From positions 1,376,001 through 1,440,000 of the forward strand of contig OZ243037.1 in the NCBI GenBank assembly GCA_965212015.1: DNA of 64,000 nt. Direction: 5' to 3'. The stretch comes from Cenarchaeum sp. (lineage in GTDB: Archaea > Thermoproteota > Nitrososphaeria > Nitrososphaerales > Nitrosopumilaceae). This document shows, piece by piece, positions 28,768-37,804 of the stretch. Within the stretch, counting starts at the first letter, position 1; each line of letters begins with the position of its first letter. Position numbers and translations under genes: made by a program. The notes beneath the pieces were generated by a model. That model saw only the letters and a program-made list of their open reading frames with translations, did no database searches and was not told where the DNA came from.

Positions 28768-29418
28768 TCACCTGCCAGAGTCCGGCCCCTCGTCGAACTT
28801 TATCCTGATCATCGAGGCCTTGCTGAGCGGAATGAACAGCGAGACCAGGCCCGCTATCTTTATGGATATCGAGACATAGTACAGGACGGATTCCGGAAAG
28901 ACAAACGAGTACCATCCCAGAAACTCGCCCAGTGCAAGCAGGCTCAGCCCCACTGAGACGAACACCGTCCCCTTTTTCCTGTTCTCCAAAAAGGACAGCA
29001 TGGTCTCTATTGCGCCGTACACCAGCAAAATAAACGAGGTCGCCCTGAATATGTGCTCTATGTGGATGGCCGATATTATGAACAGCGGAAAGACCCCGAC
29101 TGATCTCAGGTACTTGTTCTTTGGAAAAAACGACTTGATGCCGTGCGAGAATGCGATGAAAAAATACCCCACCGTCTGGATGCTTATTCCCAGGGTCTGC
29201 ACCCATCTTATGATGTGGCCGTTTTTTAGCACCAAGTCTTCTGCCATATAGCCCGTCCAGATGACCAGAAACCCGCCGCTGATGGCAAAAAACGCTATGG
29301 CCAGCCGGAACAGCGTGGGACTGCCGGTATTTTTAAACCCCACATACGACATTACCCCGATTATCAGGCCCACTAGAAACCCGATCAGGTTCAGTATATT
29401 CTCAAAGAGGAATTCCAA
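28768..29418 (-). CDS. multi-pass (about 7 TM) membrane protein, possible sensor domain
   Basis: About seven hydrophobic segments; co-oriented and upstream of the wHTH gene. Confidence 0.8.
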   Translation of the reverse strand: MEFLFENILNLIGFLVGLIIGVMSYVGFKNTGSPTLFRLAIAFFAISGGFLVIWTGYMAEDLVLKNGHIIRWVQTLGISIQTVGYFFIAFSHGIKSFFPKNKYLRSVGVFPLFIISAIHIEHIFRATSFILLVYGAIETMLSFLENRKKGTVFVSVGLSLLALGEFLGWYSFVFPESVLYYVSISIKIAGLVSLFIPLSKASMIRIKFDEGPDSGR

Positions 29419-29465
29419 CTATACCGACATGTTTTGAAATTAATTATTTTAACATAATGGTTGTT

Positions 29466-29687
29466 TTAACCGGACTGTGAATCCCAGTCATCCAGCGTGC
29501 CTGCAGTCTGCCCCTCGGTGCTGCCCGTATAGTCGCCGAGAATGTCCGAATAGGTGGCATCTGCGTGCGCCACATACCTGACATACTCCCCGTAGGTCAT
29601 GTCCATGCCGCAGTTTTCGCACCTGACCAGCGAAAAATCCATGCTAAGATCCGCGTTTTTCTTGCATTTTGGGCACTTGATCTTCAT
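29466..29687 (-). CDS. small zinc-finger protein
   Basis: MKIKCPKC...VRCENCG; ATG at 29687. Confidence 0.8.
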   Translation of the reverse strand: MKIKCPKCKKNADLSMDFSLVRCENCGMDMTYGEYVRYVAHADATYSDILGDYTGSTEGQTAGTLDDWDSQSG

Positions 29688-29760
29688 CGATTCTGATGGC
29701 GTTTCTTGGCTATTATGAGTTGGGGTTAAAAATATTAGGAGTTGCCGGCCGCATGCCTGC

Positions 29761-30051
29761 ATGGCAAAAACATGCACGAAATGCAAGTCTGAAATTCCAG
29801 ACGGCACAGAGCTCGAGGCGCAGGCCGAAAAGTATCCGTGCTGCCCGAAATGCTGGGCGGAATGGAAGGAGTACCGGGTTATGGTAATGAACGAGATGAG
29901 GCTTGACATGTCCATGTCAGACCACCGCAAGGTCCTCAAAAAGCACGAAAAGATATTCGCAGGCGTGCTGTCCCCGGAGGGCGACGTCATTGACTATAGC
30001 AACGAGGAGAACCGGAATCCCGAAGAGCCTACAGGCCAAACATCGCCCTAG
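29761..30051 (+). CDS. Fe(II)-trafficking YggX-like protein
   Basis: CWAEWKEYRVMVMNEMRLDMS...RKVL matches the YggX core. Confidence 0.8.
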   Translation: MAKTCTKCKSEIPDGTELEAQAEKYPCCPKCWAEWKEYRVMVMNEMRLDMSMSDHRKVLKKHEKIFAGVLSPEGDVIDYSNEENRNPEEPTGQTSP

Positions 30052-30490
30052 CGCTGTCCGGTATTATCAGCAGGATCCTTCTCTTTGACTCTGCATCGAG
30101 GCCGGCAAGAACCCCGCTTATGGTGCCTGACAGCACCTCTTTTTCACGCTGCCCCAGCGAGAGGTATGCCTCGAGTATGCCGTCCAGGTTAAAGTCGACA
30201 AGCTTTCTGGGATTGCCGCTGATCTGTCCCACATAGCCCGCAAAAAGCGAGCTTCGCTGCTCCTCTGAAAAGGTGGCCAGGACCTCCAGCCACGTCTTGA
30301 ACAGCCTGGAAAAGCTGGCAAAGGGAATCGTCGGCCCGGCATCTAGCGCGCTGCCGATTACGGCGTCCTTTTCTGCCTGATCCATCGAAAAGAATTCCAG
30401 CATCCGCTTTTTCAGGATGGGTTTTCGCAGAAAATCCGGCAGGCTGGAGAGGTTTACAATGATGTTTCCGGCATAGTTGGGCTCAGACAA
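30029..30490 (-). CDS. hypothetical protein
   Basis: 153-aa helical ORF with host-like codon usage; TTAATA box upstream. Confidence 0.75.
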   Translation of the reverse strand: MSEPNYAGNIIVNLSSLPDFLRKPILKKRMLEFFSMDQAEKDAVIGSALDAGPTIPFASFSRLFKTWLEVLATFSEEQRSSLFAGYVGQISGNPRKLVDFNLDGILEAYLSLGQREKEVLSGTISGVLAGLDAESKRRILLIIPDSARAMFGL

Positions 30491-30567
30491 TACCGTACGC
30501 CGGGTAATTTGATTATTAACTGTATTACACTCTAGCTTAAAATAAACCGTAATGATTCACCTCACAC

Positions 30568-31566
30568 ATGCCCTCGACAATCATAGTTGGCGGATTTTTC
30601 GGCGACGAAGGAAAGGGAAAGATCATATCGTATTTGGCAAAAAAAGACAACCCCGCCATAGTCGTCCGCGGGGGTGCCGGCCCCAACGCGGGCCACACAA
30701 TCAAGGAGGGCGGCAGGGTGTACAAGGTCAGGATGCTGCCGAGCGGTTTTTTGAACGCAGGCTCTGCCGTGATGATCGGGCCGGGCGTGGTTGTAAACCC
30801 CGACATACTGCTAAAGGAAATGCGGGATTTCGGCACTGAAAAAAGATCCTTTGTGGACGGCAACTGCGGAATAATCGATCCCGAGCACATAGAGCTGGAT
30901 TCTGGCGGCCCGCTGAAGGAAAAGATAGGCAGCACGGGATCGGGCACGGGTCCTGCAAACGCCTCAAGGGCGATGCGGACACTGCGGCTCGCAAGGGACG
31001 TGGATTCGCTCTCAGAGTACGTCCGGGACGTCCCGCAGGCAGTCAACTCTGAGCTGGATTCCGGCGGCGGCGTACTCATAGAAGGCACGCAGGGAACGTT
31101 TCTTTCGCTGTGGCACGGCACCTATCCGTTTGTAACCTCAAAGGACGTGACGGCCTCCGGCATATGCGCCGACATTGGGGTGGGCCCCACTAGAATAGAC
31201 GAGGTGATAGTCGTCTTCAAGTCGTATGTGACCAGGGTGGGAACAGGACCGCTTGATGGCGAGCTTGACGATGCCGAGACGCAAAAGCGCGGCTGGGCCG
31301 AGGTTGGAACGGTCACGGGCCGCCCCAGGCGTGCAGCAGACTTTGACTTTGGCCTTGCAAAGAGGGCAGTCATGCTAAACGGCGCCTCGCAGATAGCCAT
31401 AACAAAGCTTGACGTGCGCTTTCCAGAGTGCAACGGCAAGACCAGCTATGAAGAGCTGTCAGCAGAGGCCAAATCTTTTATAAAAAACATAGAGGAGCGC
31501 CTCGGGGTTCCAGTCACGCTTTTGGGCACCGGTCCTGCGGTAAACGACGTGATTGACCGGCGATGA
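30568..31566 (+). CDS. purA: adenylosuccinate synthetase (short archaeal type)
   Basis: GDEGKGK, GPNAGHT, EGTQG, GTVTGRPRR, TKLD. Confidence 0.97.
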   Translation: MPSTIIVGGFFGDEGKGKIISYLAKKDNPAIVVRGGAGPNAGHTIKEGGRVYKVRMLPSGFLNAGSAVMIGPGVVVNPDILLKEMRDFGTEKRSFVDGNCGIIDPEHIELDSGGPLKEKIGSTGSGTGPANASRAMRTLRLARDVDSLSEYVRDVPQAVNSELDSGGGVLIEGTQGTFLSLWHGTYPFVTSKDVTASGICADIGVGPTRIDEVIVVFKSYVTRVGTGPLDGELDDAETQKRGWAEVGTVTGRPRRAADFDFGLAKRAVMLNGASQIAITKLDVRFPECNGKTSYEELSAEAKSFIKNIEERLGVPVTLLGTGPAVNDVIDRR

Positions 31567-31569
31567 CTG

Positions 31570-31745
31570 TGCGGCAGGCGTGAAATACAGCCTGCATTGC
31601 AATCAGAGTTTCAAGCTTTTGCAAGTGTGACTGGCCTGCCAGTCTCCAAACTAAGAGGCACGCCTGTCCCTTGAACCTGCAAGGCGCGTCATCACGCCTG
31701 CACGCAACGAGTCGCGCCTAACACTTTTGGTCACGCCTGTACGAG
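31570..31745 (-). ncRNA. candidate structured ncRNA with repeated CAGG(Y) motifs (element B)
   Basis: Seven (C/T)AGG(C/T) motifs on the minus strand; hairpins GACTGG-CAGG-CCAGTC and CCTTG-CAGGTT-CAAGG; 10-bp GCAGGCGTGA/TCACGCCTGC stem. Confidence 0.55.
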
Positions 31746-31827
31746 ACGTGCGGGAAAATTCGAGACTGCGCTGCGACACGCGCGCGCGGTGGGTTAGGTT
31801 TAATTTAGTTGGTATTTCAAGTCCCGC

Positions 31828-32499
31828 ATGGAGCAAACAGACAAGCTGCCCAAATACATACAGGTAAAATCGCCGCTGGAATTTTCACGGCTGATATGCG
31901 CCCTTGAGCGCACGCCGCGGGTATCCTTTCTTCATGATCACGGGGGCAAAAAAATCCTCTCAGTCCAGATGGATCTGCTAAAGGAAAAACCAATCATCTA
32001 TTACACGGATCTCGAGGATCACGGGCACTATCTCTGCTACGGGTTCAAGGGCGGAAGGGAAGAGTCCATGATTGTGGACTCGATGACCGATAACAGCAAG
32101 ATTTACTCGCCGATCGTAAGGATAAAGTCGCTTCCCAACAATCTCAGGGAGGGAAACGGCTCGGACGACATGTACCATCCGATAGTGCTTGAGGACACGG
32201 CCAGCCTGGCCAAGCTCAGCTACGGCTTTGAGGACGCCCCGTTTCCGCTGTTTACCTTTCCAAACGACGGCAAATGGCTAATGGGGGTATTCATGCACTT
32301 TAACGAGGACAATCCGTCCTACTTTTGCTATGTCGTGCTCGACGAGGAGCCAGGAAAGCCATTTCTAAAGTACTCATTAAACAACGGCATGACCCCCTCG
32401 TTTGTAGACAATCCGTCCGAGCACGGATACTCGTACATTAAGATTATAAAATTAAAAGACACCCATCCGTTGGTCGACTATGGCCAGCTTCAAAACTAG
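31828..32499 (+). CDS. hypothetical protein
   Basis: 223-aa ORF overlapping the pyrF start; TTTAAT box about 25 nt upstream. Confidence 0.8.
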   Translation: MEQTDKLPKYIQVKSPLEFSRLICALERTPRVSFLHDHGGKKILSVQMDLLKEKPIIYYTDLEDHGHYLCYGFKGGREESMIVDSMTDNSKIYSPIVRIKSLPNNLREGNGSDDMYHPIVLEDTASLAKLSYGFEDAPFPLFTFPNDGKWLMGVFMHFNEDNPSYFCYVVLDEEPGKPFLKYSLNNGMTPSFVDNPSEHGYSYIKIIKLKDTHPLVDYGQLQN

Positions 32500-33214
32500 A
32501 ATCAGGCAGGCGGCCGGAAAGGGCGGCCGGATCATACTTGCCTGCGACCACGTCGGCTCTGCGATAGGGCCCAGGACCATCAAAAGCATAGAAAAACTGC
32601 ACCCGTACATTTGTGCGGTAAAGCTCAACTTTCACCTGCTGCTGCCGCTGGGGCGCAAAGAGATATCGGACATTAACAAGACGGCGCACCGGTACGGACT
32701 GTTGAGCATTGCCGACATTAAGCTAAACGACATTGGCGATACAAACCAGGTCGCAGCAGAAAACCTGTGGAGATCCGGCTTTGATGCGGTAATTGCCAAC
32801 CCGATAATGGGCAGAAAAAGCCTGGCGCGGCTCGTCTCATGCGCGCACAAGCGGGAAAAGGGCGTAATTGCGCTGTGCCACATGAGTGCGCCAGAGGCCC
32901 GTATGTCCTACGAGCTTGGCGTAACGCACGAAAAAAAGCGCTCAGAGCTGTACCGGTTGTTCCTGGACTGGGCCGTATCCTGTAGGGCAGACGGGATAAT
33001 TGCCGGCGCCACCTATCCCGAAATAATACGCTACTGCAAGACTAGGGCAGGCGGCAAGCTGGACATTTATTCGCCGGGGGTGGGCACGCAGGGGGGCAGC
33101 GCAGGTGAGGCGCTCCTTACGGGAAGCGACTATCTGATCGTGGGACGCACGATACTGCGCTCAAAGAATCCCGTCGGTGCCGCAAGGGCGCTGCACTCAC
33201 AGGCCGCCGAGTAG
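32480..33214 (+). CDS. pyrF: orotidine 5'-phosphate decarboxylase
   Basis: ADIKLNDIGDT, SPGVGTQGG, IVGRTI. Confidence 0.95.
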   Translation: MASFKTRIRQAAGKGGRIILACDHVGSAIGPRTIKSIEKLHPYICAVKLNFHLLLPLGRKEISDINKTAHRYGLLSIADIKLNDIGDTNQVAAENLWRSGFDAVIANPIMGRKSLARLVSCAHKREKGVIALCHMSAPEARMSYELGVTHEKKRSELYRLFLDWAVSCRADGIIAGATYPEIIRYCKTRAGGKLDIYSPGVGTQGGSAGEALLTGSDYLIVGRTILRSKNPVGAARALHSQAAE

Positions 33215-33610
33215 CTTTTCTGCCTTGGATATGGTCCGTCTTGCATTGTCATACGTAGTCTTTAGCTTTGCATCCCCAAAGCTCAGCCATAAAAAGTCCT
33301 GGTGCTCGTGGGAGATGGTGACTGATTCGGTCTCTGTCTTTGCCAGATAGAATATCACCTTTTTGTTTATCCGCCGGCCCTCGAACTGAAAGGTATAGCC
33401 TATGGTCTCCCTAAAGTCCCGTATGAACTCAAGATCCTTTATTCCGGTCTCCTCTCTTGCCTCCCGCACCGCAGTCTGCCTGGGCGACTCGCCGCCCTCC
33501 ATCTTTCCCTTGACCAGATCCCAGTGTCCGGACGGATAGTGCAGTACTAGATACAGCCTGCCCTTTTTTGTATTCCGGAATATCACCGCGCCTGCGGACG
33601 TCTCTTTCAT
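33197..33610 (-). CDS. Nudix hydrolase, Ap4A-hydrolase-like
   Basis: HWDLVKGKMEGGESPRQTAVREAREETG Nudix box; SHEH. Confidence 0.92.
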   Translation of the reverse strand: MKETSAGAVIFRNTKKGRLYLVLHYPSGHWDLVKGKMEGGESPRQTAVREAREETGIKDLEFIRDFRETIGYTFQFEGRRINKKVIFYLAKTETESVTISHEHQDFLWLSFGDAKLKTTYDNARRTISKAEKLLGGL

Positions 33611-33611
33611 G

Positions 33612-34400
33612 TCATTTCCCCATGCGCCTCTTTCTTTTCTGGTACATCCTGATGGCCCTCATTAGATCAATCTTTCGGAACTCCGGCCAAAAGACGTCCA
33701 TGAATACCAGCTCGCTGTACGCGCTCTGCCAGAGCAGAAACCCGCTGAGCCTCATTTCGCCGGACGTCCTTAGGATCATGTCCGGCGAGGACTGCGGCAG
33801 GTAGGACGTGTACAGATTCGACTCGATCTCCTTTTTGTCAATCCCGCCTATGTCCAGCTTGCCGTCCTTGATCTTTTGGCCTATCTTTTGCACCGCGTCG
33901 ATCAGCTCGTCGTGCCCCCCGTATGCGATGGCTATGTTCAAAAAGTGATCACTGTGTGAGACAGTCGCCTCGTCGAGCTTTTCTAGTATTTCCCTGATTG
34001 ACTCGGGCAGCATGTCCACCTTTCCTATCGCCTTTACCCTCATCTTTGACCTGTAAATCCTCGGATCACTGTACAGCTTGTTGAGCCTTGCGCCGATCAG
34101 CTCGTACAGATAGTCCAGCTCGCCGTCCTTTCGCCCCATGTTCTCAGAGGACAGCACGTAAAGGGTGATTATCTTTATGCCAAACTCCTCGCACCAGTCA
34201 AGCAGGTTTTCGACTGCGTCCGCACCCCTCTGGTGGCCGGCACTGGCCAAGCTCAGGTTTCTTTTCGCCCAGCGGCGGTTCCCGTCTAGAATCAGGGCCA
34301 CGTGGTTGGGGATATCGCCCCTCCGTATGTCGCCTTCCAGCCTTTTTGAGTATATCCGGTATAGCCCGGTCAGGTAAAACGCAGCCTCCCTAAGAGTCAT
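33612..34400 (-). CDS. uppS: cis-prenyltransferase (polyprenyl diphosphate synthase)
   Basis: HVALILDGNRRWA, SSENMGR, RTSGEMRLSGFLLWQSAYSE. Confidence 0.95.
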   Translation of the reverse strand: MTLREAAFYLTGLYRIYSKRLEGDIRRGDIPNHVALILDGNRRWAKRNLSLASAGHQRGADAVENLLDWCEEFGIKIITLYVLSSENMGRKDGELDYLYELIGARLNKLYSDPRIYRSKMRVKAIGKVDMLPESIREILEKLDEATVSHSDHFLNIAIAYGGHDELIDAVQKIGQKIKDGKLDIGGIDKKEIESNLYTSYLPQSSPDMILRTSGEMRLSGFLLWQSAYSELVFMDVFWPEFRKIDLMRAIRMYQKRKRRMGK

Positions 34401-34450
34401 CAGTGCTTTGTGCCCCCCCGATTCGATATCAGTGTTTTTAACATGCCGGC

Positions 34451-35599
34451 TTATTCTGTGGGGTTTTGTTCTTCATCTTTTTGCCCCCTGAACTTTTTGA
34501 AGAGCAGCATGGCGCTGATGAGCGTCGCGGCAAGCCCGGCCAGCAGCGGGGGAATCAGGGTGAATGAGCTCTCGTCGTGAATCAGAATGTTTGTAAACTG
34601 TGATACGGTGGGATACAGCGCCACTAGCACTATGAGCCTCAGCGTGTCGCTTATCTGGTGCCTTATTCCGGCAAACCAGTTGCTCAGCAGGATTCCCGCA
34701 AATATCGCGCCGACTCCGACCCACAGTATGGGCAGCATTCCGGAAACGAACTGTCCAATGATGGCGCTGTTTGACACGATTGAAATCAGCTCCGCGCCCT
34801 CCTCGATCAGGCCGGCATCGACGATTGAAATTCCGGCAGGTACCGACGACATGATCAGGATTATTCCCGCGACAATGGTGAACAGCCTTACGAATCCCGA
34901 CGGCGTGGGCTTTGTCCAGTTGGACCACGCCCGGTCTACATCAAAGGCCCTGATCAAAAACGCCGCGCCCAGGATGCTTATCGACACTGCAAAGATTTCC
35001 GCAGTATACCCGAACACCGTGGCAATCCCGCCAATCAGCAGCAGGATTCCCGGAACGCCCAGAAAGAACTTTGAATACTTTGAATCGTACGCCATCATCT
35101 TTAGGTATTTTCCAAACACCGCATAGGAATACTCTACGCTCCTGCTGACCCTCATGACCACCCTCTGGACGGATATCACGGGAAGCACGTTCTGTATTAT
35201 CGGTATGACGCTCTCGTCGTCCTCGCCGTCAGAAACTATGACTGCCCCGTTTGCGGCGTACTTTTGCAGGACGGATCTTATCTCGGATGCAATCTTTTCG
35301 TCGGCCTGGACGCCCTTGCCTGAGACGCCGGTGACGGTAATGACCTCGACTTTGTATCCCTTGCTGAGCAGATCCTCGTACGTCTTGATTGCGGAAAATA
35401 TCGCATTAGAGTCGGCGTCCTCCGGATCCTCCAGCGCAAGCCTCTGTGCGGTCTCTATGCATGCGTCCCTTCCCACGACCGGGGTGGCAATCTTTGTCTT
35501 TTCACCCACGTCGTTGTCCCTGTCCACGCAGATTACCAGCAGCCTGTTGGCAGTAGAGGAGCTGATGTCTTTTTCCAGCTTTTTGTTGCTTTGGGACAT
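34451..35599 (-). CDS. DUF373 family membrane protein
   Basis: LVICVDRDND, DPEDADSN, VSDGEDDE, VVMRVSRSVE. Confidence 0.88.
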   Translation of the reverse strand: MSQSNKKLEKDISSSTANRLLVICVDRDNDVGEKTKIATPVVGRDACIETAQRLALEDPEDADSNAIFSAIKTYEDLLSKGYKVEVITVTGVSGKGVQADEKIASEIRSVLQKYAANGAVIVSDGEDDESVIPIIQNVLPVISVQRVVMRVSRSVEYSYAVFGKYLKMMAYDSKYSKFFLGVPGILLLIGGIATVFGYTAEIFAVSISILGAAFLIRAFDVDRAWSNWTKPTPSGFVRLFTIVAGIILIMSSVPAGISIVDAGLIEEGAELISIVSNSAIIGQFVSGMLPILWVGVGAIFAGILLSNWFAGIRHQISDTLRLIVLVALYPTVSQFTNILIHDESSFTLIPPLLAGLAATLISAMLLFKKFRGQKDEEQNPTE

Positions 35600-35675
35600 T
35601 CCTATTATACCTGCGATATTGCTTTTTAACAATTTCCAACGTTTAAAATTATGATAATTCGGTTTCAGGCGTGAC

Positions 35676-36173
35676 CTACGGCCTGGCGTCGTCCGATGAC
35701 ATGGCCAGTGCCTCTGCCCTGGCCTTTAGCTGGCCTATGGCATCTAGCGCCTCCTCCAGCCTGTCCTGACTGGCGCCGTCTTTTGCCATGTTTGCAAACA
35801 CTATGGTCTCCCGGATGTGCGAGTTTGACTGCCTGAGGGATTCCATATAGCCGATATAGCTCTGCTCCCACTCCTCAGTCGGGCCGCTGTTGACGACCTT
35901 TATGATTTCGGCATTGATCTGCCAGGTGGCCGCCTCTGCCGAATTTATGTACTCTTGGGCATCCACGTCCCCGTCTAGCAGCCCCTGGAATTTTTCGTCC
36001 AATTCCGCATTGATTGATTTGTGTATGTTTTTTACCCCGTCCAGGTTGGCCTCAAAGTCGGACACTACAAACACGGTGTCCTGATTGTACGGTATGTTCC
36101 ACACCAAAAAACTGGCCACCGTGATTGCCCCCAGGATGCCTGCCGTGATCAGGACGCCCCTTTTCGAGGCCAT
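35676..36173 (-). CDS. membrane-anchored helical hypothetical protein
   Basis: N-terminal TM (MASKRGVLITAGILGAI) followed by a helical bundle. Confidence 0.78.
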   Translation of the reverse strand: MASKRGVLITAGILGAITVASFLVWNIPYNQDTVFVVSDFEANLDGVKNIHKSINAELDEKFQGLLDGDVDAQEYINSAEAATWQINAEIIKVVNSGPTEEWEQSYIGYMESLRQSNSHIRETIVFANMAKDGASQDRLEEALDAIGQLKARAEALAMSSDDARP

Positions 36174-36436
36174 GCCCCCCTTTCTTGACACCATGGTTCC
36201 CCCGTGTATGGCGTCCGCTTGTAAATATACCGCCGGTTCCAATTATGGCGTTAAATGCCCGATTTTTGGAAGAAATCGCGCTTCTCTCCGAAATCATAAG
36301 ATAATTCCAAATTTGCCGCGAAATATTCGCAATCCGTCGGGATTGGGGCACTGAAAAAATCCGTACTGTCTAGTTTATAGTTAAATATTCTTTACAGGCT
36401 CTTCCTAAATATGACGCTTCCCGTGTTTTGGTTATA

Positions 36437-36580
36437 ATGGTAGAGGCATACTGTGTAAAATGCAGGGCAAAAAGGGAGATAAAGGATCCCAAAGAGACAA
36501 AGTTGAAAAACGGGAGGCCGGCAGTAAAGGGCACATGCCCGAAATGTGGAACCAACGTCTTCCGAATAGGAAAAATCTAG
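36437..36580 (+). CDS. small zinc-ribbon protein, DUF5679-like (47 aa)
   Basis: MVEAYCVKCRAKREIKDPKETKLKNGRPAVKGTCPKCGTNVFRIGKI; below the track cutoff. Confidence 0.88.
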   Translation: MVEAYCVKCRAKREIKDPKETKLKNGRPAVKGTCPKCGTNVFRIGKI

Positions 36581-36717
36581 GGTTCCCGGCCACCGGTTCT
36601 TTTTTTACAAGCGGTCAGATCCGGTGCATGCGGATTCAAACGTCTCCTTTGGGGGCCCCGCCGTTGCCCTTTTTTTTAAAACAAATCCATATAGGGCGCG
36701 TGGTCTGATCTCAGGCA

Positions 36718-37137
36718 TTGACAAAGGCAGAGTATGAAAAGCTCCTCAAGGGGATAAAGGACAGCCTGTCTGACAAAAAGCAGGCCAGCGAGCGCTTTGA
36801 GCTTCCGCCAGTCGACGTAATGTGGGAGGGACAAAAGACGTTTTTGCGGAATTTTTCTGACTTTCCAAAGATCCTGAGGCGGGATCCCGACAAGGTGCTG
36901 CAGTACCTCTCCAAGGAATTCGCAGTGCCCGCAGAGCGGATGGGCGACAAGGCCATGTTTATCGGAAAAAGGGATCCGGACGACTTTACCAGGCTGTTTC
37001 GCATATACGTCAAGGACTATGTCGACTGCCTCACGTGCAACAGCCCGGATACGAAAATAATCAAGGAGAACCGGCTCTCGTTTCTGGTATGCGAGGCCTG
37101 CGGCGCCAAATCCACGATGAAAGGCAAGTATGCATGA
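36718..37137 (+). CDS. eif2b: translation initiation factor aIF-2 beta subunit
   Basis: ERFELP, TFLRNF, CLTCNSPDT...CEACGA. Confidence 0.95.
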   Translation: MTKAEYEKLLKGIKDSLSDKKQASERFELPPVDVMWEGQKTFLRNFSDFPKILRRDPDKVLQYLSKEFAVPAERMGDKAMFIGKRDPDDFTRLFRIYVKDYVDCLTCNSPDTKIIKENRLSFLVCEACGAKSTMKGKYA

Positions 37138-37433
37138 TGCAGTTTTGCGTCAAAACGGCCACATACAGACAAAGCTCCATGCTCAACATCTGTGATGCCG
37201 ATCTTATCGGACGGGACGTACGGAAGGACGAGCTACAGGTAAGCATCAGCCGGAGCTATTACGGGGATAGGACAGTCGATGCGGCAGAGGCCGAGACACT
37301 TCTGCAAAACTCGTCTATAATCAACATGGCCGGCAGGCAGACCGTCTCGCTGTCGATACGTTTGGGAATCGGTTCCAGCGAGGGCGTCAAGAACATAGGC
37401 GGCATACCGTTTCTGATTGTGTTCAAAATGTAA
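37134..37433 (+). CDS. DUF424 family protein
   Basis: NICDADLIG...YYG...IINMAG...IGGIPF; ATGA overlap with aIF-2 beta. Confidence 0.88.
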   Translation: MMQFCVKTATYRQSSMLNICDADLIGRDVRKDELQVSISRSYYGDRTVDAAEAETLLQNSSIINMAGRQTVSLSIRLGIGSSEGVKNIGGIPFLIVFKM

Positions 37434-37469
37434 AACAGCACTTATATAGAAAAAACTGCGTATTGGCTT

Positions 37470-37781
37470 GTGGGAAAACGCAAGGTATTAAACGAGAGCG
37501 AGCTAAAAAAAATCCGCCTTCCGGAAGAGGGCGAGCTTTTGGGAAGGGTGATAAAACTTTTGGGCAGTGATCAGGTTTTGGTAAAATGTACGGACGACAT
37601 AACCCGCCGCGGAAGAATACGCGGAAAGCTAAAGCGAAGAATCTGGATACGCGACAACGACATTGTAGTTATTGCGCCGTGGGATTTTAAGAGCGACGAG
37701 AGGGGGGACATTGTATGGCGGTTCACCCTGCCGCAGGTCGACTGGCTAAAGAACAACGATCACCTTCCCAGGGACTTTTGA
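37470..37781 (+). CDS. eif1a: translation initiation factor aIF-1A
   Basis: RIRGKLKRRIWIRDNDIVVIAPWDF. Confidence 0.96.
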   Translation: MGKRKVLNESELKKIRLPEEGELLGRVIKLLGSDQVLVKCTDDITRRGRIRGKLKRRIWIRDNDIVVIAPWDFKSDERGDIVWRFTLPQVDWLKNNDHLPRDF

Positions 37782-37804
37782 GCGTCATTGCACGGTAAGC
37801 TGTC

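Noticed and set aside
31651-31836. 61-aa minus-strand ORF
   Set aside because: It overlaps the start and promoter of the 31828 gene and has no recognisable protein features; the repeats are better explained at nucleotide level
35665-35675. Single TCAGGCGTGA matching the element A/B motif
   Set aside because: One isolated copy in a very short spacer with no supporting structure; compatible with chance
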